DNA from: Anthoceros angustus
Taxonomy: Eukaryota; Plantae; Anthocerotophyta
DNA length: 64,000 nucleotides
NCBI GenBank assembly: GCA_010909165.1
Contig: MU008189.1
Span: 186,001 to 250,000 of the forward strand
Reading direction: 5' to 3'
Each line of letters starts with the position of its first letter. The first letter of the stretch is position 1. A program made the translations under genes and the position numbers. Below are positions 48,601 to 60,640 of the stretch, piece after piece. The notes beneath the pieces were generated by a model, which saw only the letters and a list, made by a program, of their open reading frames with translations, was not told the DNA's origin and did no database searches.

Positions 48601-50629
48601 TGACGTGCGGGGCCCTTTCGGTGCTTTTCGACATCTTCGCAAAGACATGTATTTCCCGCGCATTCTCTCGAAGAAGAACACTTCTCCTCCGGTGTCTCGT
48701 GTGAACGGGCTATTTTTCGAGGTTAATTTACATGCATTATTCACCGCATTATTCACGCATTTATAGCCCGCACATTGAGCTTGGTATTTGAATGTTTAAC
48801 CTAACCGTAGTTACGAGCGGGTTTGAAACCCAAGGATAAGTTGAAACGCTATGCTTGTGGGTTTTCCCCATGTCCTTGGGTTTTGGGGTTTGATTTATAA
48901 TATTGGCCATGATTTCATTTTGAGTTCGTGACCATGGGCTATAAATGCTGGAAATGGGTTTTCCCCATTGTCCTTGGGTTTTAGTAGCGGTTAAACTCAA
49001 TGATTTGAGTAGTCCTTGGGTTTGGAAAAATGGTTTAGTGTTAACACTTTGGGGTTTAGGGAACATGGTTTACGGTTCCTTGGGTTCGGGACATGAGTTA
49101 GCTTTTCTCTAGTTTCGGACCATGGTTTAGGGTTCCTTGGGTCTTGGGAGCAGTGCAGTCAAATACATATCATCTCGGTCAAATACATATCCTCTTGGTC
49201 ATAAACTTTGGAGTACTTGGCCATGACCACCGGGTTGATGTTGAGTTTTTCCGACTAGTCATTTTGAACTTGGCTTCCGGACCATGTCTTGACATGCGCG
49301 AATGTACTCGAGGTCCAAGACACTGGCGGCCTCTCATTTGCCTTAGTCGGCAACAAAAGGGTGCATTGCCTTCAAGCCACTTCACTGTTGGTGAGTTCAT
49401 TCTGATCTGGAGATCGTGGTCCGCCGCGATTGAGGTGCGCGACCATGAGTTTTTCCGGTTGTGTGCCGATTTGTAGTGTTGTAGAGGTAGTGTTATAGAT
49501 CTCGCGCTTTGGGGAAAGTTGCATCGAGAACTCGTTTACGGTTGCGTGTGCGCTGCTTATGCGGCCTCAATTCTCATTTCGATCGATTGGGTTCCACCAG
49601 TTTTTGTCTCTTGCACTGGTTGTGGAAGACGGAAGCAAGCTAGCGCTATGGCTTTCAACACCGGTCATGGGAGCGCAATTTTGAGGACGACCGAAGAGCT
49701 CGCCGCTTATCGACAAGCCCGGCCCCTTTCTCACCAATATCCGTGGCGTCGATGCGTGGTGCACAAGCACGTTGACAAGCTAGAGCGTGTGCACGGGGAG
49801 GTGCAGAGGTTTGCCAATCGGATGATGTTCGAAATGGAAGTGCTGAAGCTGAGGATTTTCACGGCTACCACCTCCTTGTGGCCGAATTGGAGAAGGTGGT
49901 TGGCATTGAGAACACCGGAATTGAGCGTGTGGTGGGTGAGGGAGAGGATGCACGCCGCAGACGGGACTGCCGCGTCGCATCCGGTAGATTCGAGTGAGAT
50001 GCGTCGCCATCCCGCTTTGTTGTGCTAATTCTTGGTGTTGATGTTGTGTTTGTTTTGGTGACCGACCCATAGTTTTGGGTGAGCACGTCTCTCAATAAAG
50101 CGCCACCTTTTCATTCGAGTTCTGAACCCTTCCTCAAACCCTATACCATATGCACATGAATGCTCACATACCTTTGATCCTCATTGTAAACCGCGTGTTG
50201 TTGTAAGGTATGTATGTCATTGTAAAAGCCCCGTTGTAAAACTTGACAATGCGTTGTAAACCACTTCCCATTGTAAGTAGACCATGGGCCGTTGTAAAAG
50301 AAAATCGTTGTGAACAGACGTGATGGTGTTTACTACGTGCGTTGTTGTAAACAGCACATTCATTGTTGTAAAGTCATTGCTCGGATCTATGCGTGTTGCA
50401 ACCCAGAAGAGCCCTCGTAGTAAAGTAGCTTTCGTTATGCCACGTCATCAGAATAGCCAGTGGCTAAATACACCCCGTAGTAAAACACTAGAGCTCCTGT
50501 AGTAACACGAATGGCTATACAAGAAAATAATCCATAAACCATGAAGCCCCGTTGTAAATCGACTTGAGCCTGAAATCTCCCCTGTTCTAAAAAACAGCCT
50601 ATAGTAAAAGGCCCGTTTTCCTAGTAGTG
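45676..50629 (-). mobile_element. CACTA/EnSpm DNA transposon, one terminus missing
   Basis: Terminus CACTACTAGGAAAA on the minus strand at 50629, with many gttgtaaa/gtagtaaa subterminal repeats (50170-50610). AAG on both flanks restores the Copia frame HMTSLRD. TnpA-like ORF at 45707-46120. Confidence 0.8.
47164..47715. repeat. 2 x ~276-bp tandem repeat inside the CACTA
   Basis: cctcttcgtccttccttgcctcgaggtcggc starts at 47164 and at 47440. Confidence 0.85.
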
Positions 50630-52084
50630 AAGCCTCCGAGATTCATACATCTCCTTCCAACCCAGCACACTTACCAGCTACATTTCTCTTAGCGACCACT
50701 CCCGTTGTGCCATCCAGCGCTCAGGTACGGTGGTTATCGTTATGCCCAACGGAGTGATAACATCTTTCCCTATCGTGCTTTGCATTCCTCACTTGAGCAA
50801 GAATGTTCTATCCGTCGGTCAAGCCCTTGAGTCCGGCTACACTTTTTCATTTGCCCCGGATCAGTGTACCATTTTTGATTCCTCTCACCACCTTCTTGCC
50901 ACCTGTCCTCGGTCCGGTCGGCTCTTTATTATCGATTCTGCTCTTCCTTCCACTGACATCCCTACTTTCTCCCCTTTCTAGAGTTGTCTGCCGGCCTCGC
51001 CTCGTCCGTTCCAGCCTTCGATTGGCTTCCATTCGAATCCAGAGACGGATTCTGCAGTCGGCGCTCGGGGGGAGATAGCATAAGAGCAAGCACCTCTGCG
51101 CAAGTTAAGTGGCCGGAGCTCGCCGCCCTTGTGATCCTCCTCTTCTCGAGAATGACATACCCGCTCAACTGAGTCTCGCTTTCGTAGTACGGTGAAGTAG
51201 TGCACGCGACAACTCAAATTTGTTGACTTACATGCCGACGATCCGTTTGCTCATCTCAAAAAAATATTATAAAATGATTTAGGTAAGGACGTGGATGCCC
51301 GCCTACCTGCTTGTTCTCAGTCCAAGTTCGCAAATATATTGTGACAAGTGCCCCTTGAGTGAGACAATGCCCGTCCGAAGTAGTCTCTAAATTTAGACTT
51401 TCATTTTGAATATTTTCATGATTATTTTAATTTTAAATTTTAATTTCATGTAGAAGTAATATATTTGTATATCGTGTAAATAAATCAGTCAGTTTGGAGA
51501 AGAAATAAATTAGATAAAATTATTAACGCTATCTGAGGACAAAATAACAATGTTTCATCCGTTTCCAACTAATTTGAGTACCAAACCATGCTTATAACCA
51601 ACGCCACTTTTTAGAAGTCTTCTATAGAGCTGCCCCCGCTTGTAGCAAGCCTCCTTTGGTTCCCATTTTAATGATCGTCCTAGCCCAAGCCTTAACTAAT
51701 GTACATGTTGGCTACCTCTAATGTATTTCTTTTTACAAGCCCTATAGTAAAATTCGAATGAACCTTAATAAATTCTGGGCTATACATGAAAATAATACAT
51801 GGACTTGAAACGTTGCCTTTAATTGGCGTAGTAAATGGGCTACCGTGGTAAACTGTACCCCCCATGTAAAACGTCATTGAGTAAAAGTATACTTTTCATG
51901 GTAGTGATTGTTCAGGAATTGAGACAAGAAACGGGGCATGGATATTATACCATAAAAACTATCGGTGAGAACCGGAGAGCAAGAGCTAGAGACTCAATAC
52001 TCAAGAATATATTAATGTGTGGATACAAAATTGTCTATAATATTATGCATTATCGTGTTCTTTCATATACAACCTAAAACTTGC

Positions 52085-52735
52085 TTAACCTACGTGCGGG
52101 TAGATTATATGTGGGTTATTTAACCCTCCTCGTAACACTAGGCCCCCCAAACAAACGTCTACTCTAAAGCTACCTACCGCTCCCAACATGTCATAGTCTG
52201 GAATAAGGAAGGGCCTACTAACCACCGGAGCTGAAGATGCTATGTTCCCCGCATTCGAAACAATCCTGAAAATTGCTTTTGCCAATGCCCTTTGCAAAGT
52301 AATGGATACTCGTTACCAGAAGAAAGCTACCACACAGGAAAGAGGGAGACCTATCCCGTTCTTGCGGATGTAGCATGCTTTAGCACAAACCTTGATAAAC
52401 CTCGGCTGTAGCGCATTCCTCTATTGCCCAAACCAGAGGGTTGATGATGACATGCTCGCATACGCTATCCCGAGTAGGGTTTGTTACAATCACATATGCA
52501 ATAGAGACTTGGTCCTCCAGGTCAGAAATAAGTCAGCCTTGAGAGAAACGCTGGTAGACAAAGCATAGGCGCTCCTCGAAAGAAAGAATCCGCTCTCTCT
52601 AGCAATGGAGAACATGACATCTCGGACTACGTCATGTGTAGCAATGCGCTGCCTACCTATTGGACAGCAAGCTAAGTGGGTCCCAGAATCGTCGAGAGGG
52701 GCACCACATAGGTCGTGAGAGAATAATTCTTCTTT
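52085..52735 (-). mobile_element. 3' part of a CRE-like non-LTR element (CCHC plus restriction-like endonuclease), degraded
   Basis: Manual translation gives LCGAPLDDSGTHLACCPIGRQRIATHDVVRDVMFSIARESG...KADLFLT, then QRALAKAI. Confidence 0.72.
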
Positions 52736-53166
52736 AATTAGTAATATATATTTATGTCAAGGTATATTATTCTCTAAGATATTGGCAGAGTGTTTCTTTT
52801 TTTTCTATTTCCTCATTTTCTCTTCTTTATTTTCTTTCTAGCTAAGTACCTATTGTACCGCCCGAGCATTTGTGTTGTCTTTCTAGCTAATGATAGAAAT
52901 GTGTTAAGTAGGTATATGAAGGTGTGGACATTTGTTGGAGGACTTTGGGTAAATTTGGTATTGCGTGGAGTCTCATCGGTCGCTGGTCCCCCGCCTCGGC
53001 CTCTCCTCGCTCGTTGCGCTCTATAATTGGGCCGGCGCGGGCCGCCGTGGTGGAGACGAGAAGGCGCCCGTTTGCTTGCCCTCAGGCTGTTGCGGCGCCG
53101 CCACCGTCATCGCCCGCCGCCACTGCCACAAGCCCATTCCAGTGTGTGTTCGCCGCAGCCGGCACC

Positions 53167-53493
53167 ATGACAGGCAAGGCCAAGCCCAAGAAGCACACGG
53201 CCAAGGAAATTGCGGCGAAAGTGGACGCTGCCACCACCAACCGCGGCGGGGGGAAGGCGGGAGTGGAGGATCGCAAGGGCGCGGACAAGGGAGGGCACGC
53301 CAAGCTGGCCTGCCCTATCTGCAAGGCCACGGCGCCGGACACCAAGAGCATGCTCATCCACCACGAGGCCAGGCACCCTAAACTCCCCTTCGAGGAGGAC
53401 AAGCTGCTCAATCTGCACGGCTTGGTCTCCGCCTCCACCTCCGACGTGACCAACAAGCCCAGGCCCGGGGTGCGCGGCAGCCTGAAGAAGTGA
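53167..53493 (+). CDS. MBS1: METHYLENE BLUE SENSITIVITY-like C2H2 zinc-finger protein (108 aa)
   Basis: MTGKAKPKKHTAKEIAAKVDAATTNRGGGKAG...GGHAKLACPICK...IHHEARHPKL...PGVRGSLKK matches the Arabidopsis MBS1/MBS2 pattern; TATA-like ctataa ~145 bp upstream. Confidence 0.9.
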   Translation: MTGKAKPKKHTAKEIAAKVDAATTNRGGGKAGVEDRKGADKGGHAKLACPICKATAPDTKSMLIHHEARHPKLPFEEDKLLNLHGLVSASTSDVTNKPRPGVRGSLKK

Positions 53494-53835
53494 AGAGAAG
53501 CATTCTATGTGCTGCGATGAGCGGCAGCACGAGAAGCATCATCGGGTGTGCTGGCCTGGGCCCAAGCCGGCGGGCGGGGACGGGGTTCCCGGTTTGTTGC
53601 CCGGCCTCGGCCGGAAGAGCGCGCAGGCGGGTGCCAGTTGCGATTGTTGCGCGCAGCTGGCTGCTCTTCATCGACGGCTACCCTCCGTAGGATAGACTGC
53701 ACCGGCACCATCAGGACACCGCCATTCCACAACGTCCTCCATGTCCAGTTTCCTCTCAGGCTGAACAAACTTAGTGCTATGTTCTTACTAAGCCGGACGG
53801 AAGATGTCTGCACATGTACTCTTTCGCTGATTGTT

Positions 53836-54178
53836 GATGTGTTTGTTATCCGACTTCTATCAGGTGCAGTAAATTTGAAGGAGGGACCGGCTTTGTGTTT
53901 TCCTCTTAGACTTTGCCACTCTCCATCATCCCTGTGTGCCATCGCCAGCCTTGGTATCGCTATCGTATTTCCCCTGGCCTGGTATGTGGCCTTCCTTCAA
54001 GGTTTTGCTGCTCATTCCTCGAGGAGGCTCTTTGATGTGTTTGTCATCCGACTTCTATCAGGTGCAGTAAATATGAGGGAGGGACCGTCTCTGTGTTCTC
54101 CTCTTAGACTTTTCTCACTCACCATCATCCCTGTGTGCCATCGCCAGCCTTGGTATCGCTATCGTATTTCTCCTGGAT
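53836..54178. repeat. Two ~140-bp direct repeats at ~200-bp spacing
   Basis: gatgtgtttgt.atccgacttctatcaggtgcagtaaat...cgctatcgtattt occurs twice. Confidence 0.8.
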
Positions 54179-54847
54179 TGGTTTGTGGCCTCATTTTAAG
54201 GTTTTGCCCATATTCCTGAGGGGGCCATTCGATTATTGCGGCAGCTCTCTTATGCATCACGCAGTGGAATGCAACCTGTCCGGACACCTTGTCCACATAG
54301 AAAGGAGATCTCCATCGTATGCTCGGGATGGAGATGATGCGTGCACAGAATGGGATGCCATGTATGAATACAGAGTGATTGGACGAAGGAAGACGGTGAA
54401 TTCTGTAGCTTTGTAAATCGTGGATGGTGTTATAAGCAGGCCCTGGCACACGACGATGTTTGTTGTTGTGTATTAGATGTCAGGTGTAAAGATACATTGC
54501 GCATTCACGCGGTTGCAATGGTGCACGACGCAAGTGCCACAGGATGTAGCTTCTCGCGCACACGTTTGAGCTCCTCATCCAACATGTCCTATCAAAGTCC
54601 GGAAGATGATTTTTCATTGGCACCGTGAAAGTTAGGAAGCCAAATGGATCCACGATCGCTCGGCATCTGCGAGACCAGAATTCCGGAACATGGGTTCCCC
54701 TTGCGCGTCACGTTTCTATTCTTCTGAGCTCCTTTTGACAAGGTTCCGCTGGAGGGCTCGGGCCTATCCTTGAGGATTTCGGCGTTGGAAGAGAGTATCT
54801 ACATTGCGGATGACATTCAGGAATGGTGGGTTCGATGATGCCATGTG

Positions 54848-57385
54848 ATGTTTCGATTGGAACAGGCTTGTGTAGTGGATATGGCGATGCCATGGCTGCT
54901 TCCGCTGCCGAATGCGGCTCCTGCCGATTCGCGTTTGATTAGCAGACCAAGGCCAGAGCTCTCTCACACGTTCGGCACGTTGTCAGTGAAGCTAGGGTGT
55001 AGCATTAACACTTGTGCTGGAGGGACATACCTTGAGACATGTAGCTCACAAGGAATTACGCAGAAGAAGGAGCGACAGGAGCTCCTGTGGCAGTATTTCT
55101 TCCAGGATCCTACGCAATGGTGGGACAACAGGGGGGATAAGAAAAGCCCTCGCCATCCTGACTTCAGGCACAAGACATCCAAGGAGGGCTTGTGGCTCAA
55201 TGCACCACACAAGCCGGATTGGGTGGGTTCGCAGCTAGCTAGGTGGGACCAGGAGGACTCGGTGGTTGAGAGCCTGAGAAGGCTCTGTGACCAAGGCGAG
55301 CTGGGAGAGATTGTCGACGCCTTGGAACTCCTAGTGCAGGAAGGATGTCATGTTGGCGAGTCTCTCCTGTATCGTGTGTTGAAGAGATGCATGGCAGAAG
55401 AGAATCTCATTTTGGGTCAGCGCGTGCATGCTGCTGCGGTTGTATGTGGCTTGGAGTCGAACGCATTCTTGGCCACCCATTTCGTTCGCATGTATGCCGG
55501 TCATAGGAAGCTGGGGGACGCAGTGCAGGTCTTCAGCAAGGTGACTGTGCCTGACGCCCATCTGTGGGCTACGGTTATCTTGGAGCATGCTCGACATGGG
55601 GAGGCTGTGGAAGCTATAACCCTGTACAGGCGGATGCGGGATTCAGCTGTGAAGCCAGACAACCATATATTTGTGGCAGTCCTCAAGGCATGTGCCACAG
55701 CAGAGGACTTGGTTGCGGGCAAGGAGGTCCATGCTGACCTTCTGAGAAGTTCTGTTAGAGGCAATGTGTTTGTTGGCAACAGCCTGGTGAGCATGTATGC
55801 CAAATGCGGGAGCTTAGAAGATGCCCGCAGAGTGTTTAACAGCTTGCCGAGAAAGGATGTGGTGACATGGAATGCTATGATTGCAGGATTTACGAAGCAA
55901 GGGCATGGTCGAGATGCTCTGGCTCTATATGCAGCTATGCAACAGAAAGGCATCCATCTAGCAGATCCTGTTACCTTTGTGTGCCTCCTGAAAGCATGTG
56001 GTAGCGTGGGAGATCTGGATCAGGGGAAGCAGCTGCATGCACAGATCCGGCGAGGAGGATTGGAAGCCAATACACTTGTCGGCAACTGCTTGGTGGATAT
56101 GTATGCGAAATGCGGGAGCTTAGAGGATGCTCGCAGTGTATTCGACGCACTGCCCAATAGAGATGTTGTCACATGGAACTCTATGATCACAGGTTATACC
56201 CAGCAGGGGCAGGGTCGAGAATCCCTTGCTCTCTATGCCAGTATGCAACGTCAGGGCATGTCCCCAGCTGATAATGTCACGTTGGTGTGCCTCCTGAAAG
56301 CATGTGCGATTGTAGGAGCACTACATCAAGGAAAGCAGCTTCACGCGCAGATTCGTGAAAAGGGCCTGGAATCTCATGTGTCCGTTGGCAGCAGCCTTGT
56401 GGACATGTATGCAAAATGCGGGAGCTTGGAAGTTGCTCGACAGCTGTTTGAAAGACTGCACACAAAAGACGTGGTGACATGGAATGCTTTGCTCAATGGC
56501 TATGCAGAGCATGGTGATTCTAGGATGGCCATGCAGTGTTTCAGCGAGATGCTCCAGCAGGGTGCTAAGCCAGATGGGACTTCTTATAGTTGCCTTCTTG
56601 TGGCATGCAGTCATGCAGGCCTGGTGGATGAAGGTCAGCGGTACTTCAATATGATGCAGGAGGTCCATGGCATTGTGCCCAGTGACTACCATTATACTTG
56701 CATGGTTGATCTCCTTGGCCGGGCTGGCCAACTGGATGAAGCTGAAGACATGCTGAAAAGTATGTGTTTTGAAAATGATATTGTGGGCTGGAAGGCCTTG
56801 CTGAGTGCTTGCAGGATCCATGGTGACCTTGAGCGTGGAAGGCGATGCTTTGACCATCTTTCAGAACGGGAACCAGAGAATGCGAGCTCATACGTCCTCC
56901 TGGCACACATATATGCAAAGGCTGGCAGATGGAAGGATGTAGATGATATAGAGAGCTTGAGAAAGAGTTCTGGTGCTTGGAAAAAGCCTGCAAAGGCTTG
57001 CATTGAAATCGACAGTAGGGTGCATGAGTTCAGAGTAGGAGAAGAGAGGTCCGATATATCGTCAAAACTGCAGAGCATGAGTGCGAAGTTGAAGGATGAA
57101 GGAGGCCATGTGCCAAACACTCAGTTGGTGCTAAAAGCAGTGTCTGAACAGGAGAAGGAGGATGCCTTGTGTGGACATGCAGAGAAACTGGCCTTGGCAT
57201 ATGGTTTGATGAACACTCCAGATGGCACAACTTTGCTGGTTACCAAAAATCTTCGCATGTGCAACGACTGCCACAGCAGCACCAAGATTATGTCACGTCT
57301 CGAGAAGCGAGAGATAATCGTCCGAGATGCTCACCAAGTACACCATTTTCTGGATGGGTCTTGTTCATGTGGGGATCGTCACTGA
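54848..57385 (+). CDS. PLS-class PPR protein with OSB-type PDF motif and DYW:KP (DRH) domain; candidate organellar U-to-C editing factor
   Basis: Uninterrupted ~845-aa ORF with a transit-peptide-like N-terminus, P-L-S triplets, WKKPAKACIE, HAEKLA, CNDC and GDRH*. Start is ATG 54848 or 54881. Confidence 0.95.
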   Translation: MFRLEQACVVDMAMPWLLPLPNAAPADSRLISRPRPELSHTFGTLSVKLGCSINTCAGGTYLETCSSQGITQKKERQELLWQYFFQDPTQWWDNRGDKKSPRHPDFRHKTSKEGLWLNAPHKPDWVGSQLARWDQEDSVVESLRRLCDQGELGEIVDALELLVQEGCHVGESLLYRVLKRCMAEENLILGQRVHAAAVVCGLESNAFLATHFVRMYAGHRKLGDAVQVFSKVTVPDAHLWATVILEHARHGEAVEAITLYRRMRDSAVKPDNHIFVAVLKACATAEDLVAGKEVHADLLRSSVRGNVFVGNSLVSMYAKCGSLEDARRVFNSLPRKDVVTWNAMIAGFTKQGHGRDALALYAAMQQKGIHLADPVTFVCLLKACGSVGDLDQGKQLHAQIRRGGLEANTLVGNCLVDMYAKCGSLEDARSVFDALPNRDVVTWNSMITGYTQQGQGRESLALYASMQRQGMSPADNVTLVCLLKACAIVGALHQGKQLHAQIREKGLESHVSVGSSLVDMYAKCGSLEVARQLFERLHTKDVVTWNALLNGYAEHGDSRMAMQCFSEMLQQGAKPDGTSYSCLLVACSHAGLVDEGQRYFNMMQEVHGIVPSDYHYTCMVDLLGRAGQLDEAEDMLKSMCFENDIVGWKALLSACRIHGDLERGRRCFDHLSEREPENASSYVLLAHIYAKAGRWKDVDDIESLRKSSGAWKKPAKACIEIDSRVHEFRVGEERSDISSKLQSMSAKLKDEGGHVPNTQLVLKAVSEQEKEDALCGHAEKLALAYGLMNTPDGTTLLVTKNLRMCNDCHSSTKIMSRLEKREIIVRDAHQVHHFLDGSCSCGDRH

Positions 57386-57873
57386 TACAACGTAGTGAGT
57401 GGTTGTGGCCGCTTCTGCCAAAACAAAGGCGGGTGTTTTAAAACCTGTGCCAAAGCATTCTGAAATCGCCATGCCAATCCGGAATTGTCGGGATAATGGG
57501 CTATACCTTCACTCGTCAGTGGAGCCTACCATACCTCACGGGCAACTGTCGGACGTCTCATATCAACTGCCTAGCTTCGCTCCAGTCTGCTATTTTCTCT
57601 CACCGTGCGCACCAGGGATTGGGAGGAGCTAGCTCTGTTCTGGCTCCGCTCGTCATCAAGCACAAGTTTGGTTTACTACTCTGGCATCCGAGTGTGAAAG
57701 AATTTTTGCAGAAATGTTATTGAGAGCCTCAAAAGTTTCAGTTAAAAAGATACTTAATAGTTAATAGTAGCTTAAAATGTAAAGGCTCATAGTAGCTTAA
57801 TTTGTCTATGATCTGAGTTATCATAAATCAAAACTGAATACGTAGAATCGTAGATTATAATAAAAATATATAA

Positions 57874-59013
57874 TTATATATTTACTGCATTTTTGTGCTT
57901 AACAAATACCAAAGCATCGTAACTTGACCAATGACATATACTTGTGGTTCCCGGTTTACCTCCTAAAACTTTGAAAGCAACATGATTGGGATCCCATGTA
58001 CTTGTATTTGTGTGACACAAAACTGTAACTTCCAATTTAGTATGTCCTATTGGTACTGATTCAAGAGAAACGGAAAAGATTTTGGTTTTGGGAATGTAAT
58101 GACATACATAAACTTGATATAGAAATATAGCAGAATGACACGATATGTATTTTGATTTGGTATTACCCTTGGCTTCCACTTTCACTATTTTCCAATCTTC
58201 GTTGTCGATATTCTTAAGAGGTGTTCGCCGTGATATCCCACTCAATACTTCCACATACTCAAATTCACCATTAGGACCTAACCTTTGTTTGATGAGATCC
58301 ACCAAATCTTCTACAGACTGAATGCAAAATTTGATTTCTCCTATTGTACCTTCTTCCTCACAAAGTGCAGCTGTTTCGTTCATGAGCTTGGCCAATATAG
58401 ACGTATTAGAGACATTAAAAGCTTCAACAAGAGAGGTAGCACTACGTGAAGTCAAGTTTCCAAATGCAGCGGCAAGAGTACGAGGGAGAAATGACCTTTG
58501 AATTGCTTTGCTTTCGACGTCAAATAACTTTTTGGGATACACTTTCGTGATATTCAAAAACATATCTTTTTCATAAAACCATGAAAGTTTTTCTAACTCA
58601 ATTAAATGAGAATTTATTGCCGGAGTTGAAGCAGTACTAATATATGCTTTATAATAAAATATCCTGAAAATACCAAGGGCAATAATTTCCAGTTTCCGAT
58701 CATCCAAGCTTTCACATAACAAATTTGCGGATGTACAGAATGTGCTTGTAAGTTTATGGTTTGAAAAAAACAAGTGTTTCTCAATCATCTTTTGATACTC
58801 ATTCACAGATAGAGTTGAAAGGGGTGATATCATATCTCTTAAGACGGATGGCATAACAATGCCTTCCAATGTTTTGTTCCAATAATCTAGGGCCTTGATG
58901 CTTTGCAAGCTTCTATACATTGTTCGTGGTTTCAATTCTTGTTCTTCAACAACTGAAAATTTGGAATTGTTCTTTGCATCTGAAGTGTCTTTTCTCGCAA
59001 CTCCTGATTGAAC
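57874..59013 (-). CDS. BURP-domain protein, last exon (upstream exon or exons not located)
   Basis: CH-x10-CH-x27-CH-x25-CH spacing; open frame back to a ttgtAG acceptor at 59014-59015. Confidence 0.88.
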   Translation of the reverse strand, partial: VQSGVARKDTSDAKNNSKFSVVEEQELKPRTMYRSLQSIKALDYWNKTLEGIVMPSVLRDMISPLSTLSVNEYQKMIEKHLFFSNHKLTSTFCTSANLLCESLDDRKLEIIALGIFRIFYYKAYISTASTPAINSHLIELEKLSWFYEKDMFLNITKVYPKKLFDVESKAIQRSFLPRTLAAAFGNLTSRSATSLVEAFNVSNTSILAKLMNETAALCEEEGTIGEIKFCIQSVEDLVDLIKQRLGPNGEFEYVEVLSGISRRTPLKNIDNEDWKIVKVEAKGNTKSKYISCHSAIFLYQVYVCHYIPKTKIFSVSLESVPIGHTKLEVTVLCHTNTSTWDPNHVAFKVLGGKPGTTSICHWSSYDALVFVKHKNAVNI

Positions 59014-59517
59014 CTACAATTTCACTGTCATAAGTACAGACATTTCATTGAATACAATGCGCAATGCCATTATCAAGTGCAATAGCCATATTACTTACTA
59101 ATAAAATTAAAATAAAAAATGTTCTTATGTTTTTCATGATTGTAAGGTGGGGTCACTTCGTCTCTCGAGAGTTCTTCAGCGCAAGAAAATTCTAATAAAC
59201 TTGAACTTAAACTTGAACTCTCTCCGATAGATTTCAAATTGTTAAGAGTTTTTGATTTTTGAGAACTTATGCACCCCAAATTGATAATATTCTTCGATTT
59301 TTAAGAAATTATACATCCCAAATCGATAATATTCTTGAGTTTTGAAAACTTATTTGCCTCCAACAATCGTTTGGTTCATGAATAATTTAGGAACATGAAG
59401 CTGCAATATAAACAAGTAGAGTAAAATATCAATAGACTTTTAGACTTAAAATCAACTTTTTAAAGAAAAATCTAATGTCACCTTGATATGCAACACATTC
59501 GACATAAACGATTCTTC

Positions 59518-59660
59518 AAAAGAAATGTATCAGACTTCGATCTAACGTCTTTTTAAAAGAAATGTATCAGACCTCGATCTAATGTCTTTTTAAAAGAAAT
59601 GTATCAGACCTCGATCTAACGTCTTTCCAAAACAAATGTATTAGTCCTCGATCTAACATC
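59518..59660. repeat. 37-bp tandem repeat, about 4 copies
   Basis: Unit aaaagaaatgtatcagac(c/t)tcgatctaa(c/t)gtcttttt. Confidence 0.88.
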
Positions 59661-60429
59661 TTCTTGACCATCACTATATATGTTAATATCTCATAAGATG
59701 AAAAAGGATGTAAGTAGAACATCCTCACATTATTCAACACAATATGCATAAGCTTTAAATTGCCTTGTTTGTTCAACCCAATGTGCCTCAAGTGAAAGTA
59801 AGCAACGAAATCCAATTAAAAATAAATTGATGAAATATGCAAAATTTATGGGTGGAAACAAGTGTGAATAATGATAGAAGAACGTTGTTTGCTAAAGTCT
59901 ACAGCAGATGTCCGACAATGCAGAGGAAGAACTACCTTTGTGACTTGATAAAATCAGCTGAAGAAGTACAAGTTTCCAGAGAGTGTCAAGCATGCAGCAG
60001 AAGAACTACCTTTATGATTTTGATGCAATCAATTTAAGGGTGCATTTAATGAGGAATAAGTGTTTATCCAAGTTTGATTCACACAATAATTTTAATAAGA
60101 AGTATTATCAAATCATATGATTTTTGATATTAATAGTATACCATTGTGTAATTAAGTCATGCGTGTTATATTGATTTTCTCTGTCTTCTATCTTTGTTAT
60201 ATTAATCGTTAAAACTTAATGACTTTATAAACTGTTGTGATTAAAATATTATATAGAATATTTAAATTGTACATATACTTTATGGATAAATTATTCTGCG
60301 GATAGTATTGTATGGGTTCCTTTGCCATTGAAGAATATTACTCCAATAATCTAGAAATGCATTTTCTAGAATAAAATATGGAATAAATGGGCATTCGTTG
60401 GCAACACTCGCACCCAGAAACCCTTGGGA

Positions 60430-60640
60430 TGTCCCTCACCAGTCTTGACAGAGTTTGTAATTGCATGTTTGGGCGGGATGGCCAACTGGACGAGGTCAAA
60501 AATTCGCTGGAAACTGGGTGTTTCGAGATTAATGCCTGGCTGGAAGATGCGAGCTCAGATGCGTTTCTGGGTGACGTGTGTACGCAAAGGTCGCGCATGG
60601 AAGTACATACTGTATGTACAGAGATGGTGTAAAGGTGACT
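60430..60640 (+). pseudogene. PPR gene remnant
   Basis: CNCMFGRDGQLDEVKNSLETGCFEINAW resembles YTCMVDLLGRAGQLDEAEDMLKSMCFENDIVGW of the neighbouring PPR. Confidence 0.55.

Larger units (their letters stand above)
42980..50990 (+). mobile_element. Truncated Ty1/Copia element (gag duplicated, protease split by CACTA)
   Basis: Possible short LTR starting tgttag; PBS-Met-like gctattagagc at ~43160; gag KEVWDVLKKKY...LTREFYNLRM; CFYCLQPGHHQCDC; WFVDTGATHHMT...LSKNVLSVGQ. Confidence 0.8.

Noticed and set aside
53494-54844. 223-aa ORF 53548-54219 and nearby short ORFs
   Set aside because: They overlap the MBS 3' region and a local direct repeat, with no recognisable domain.
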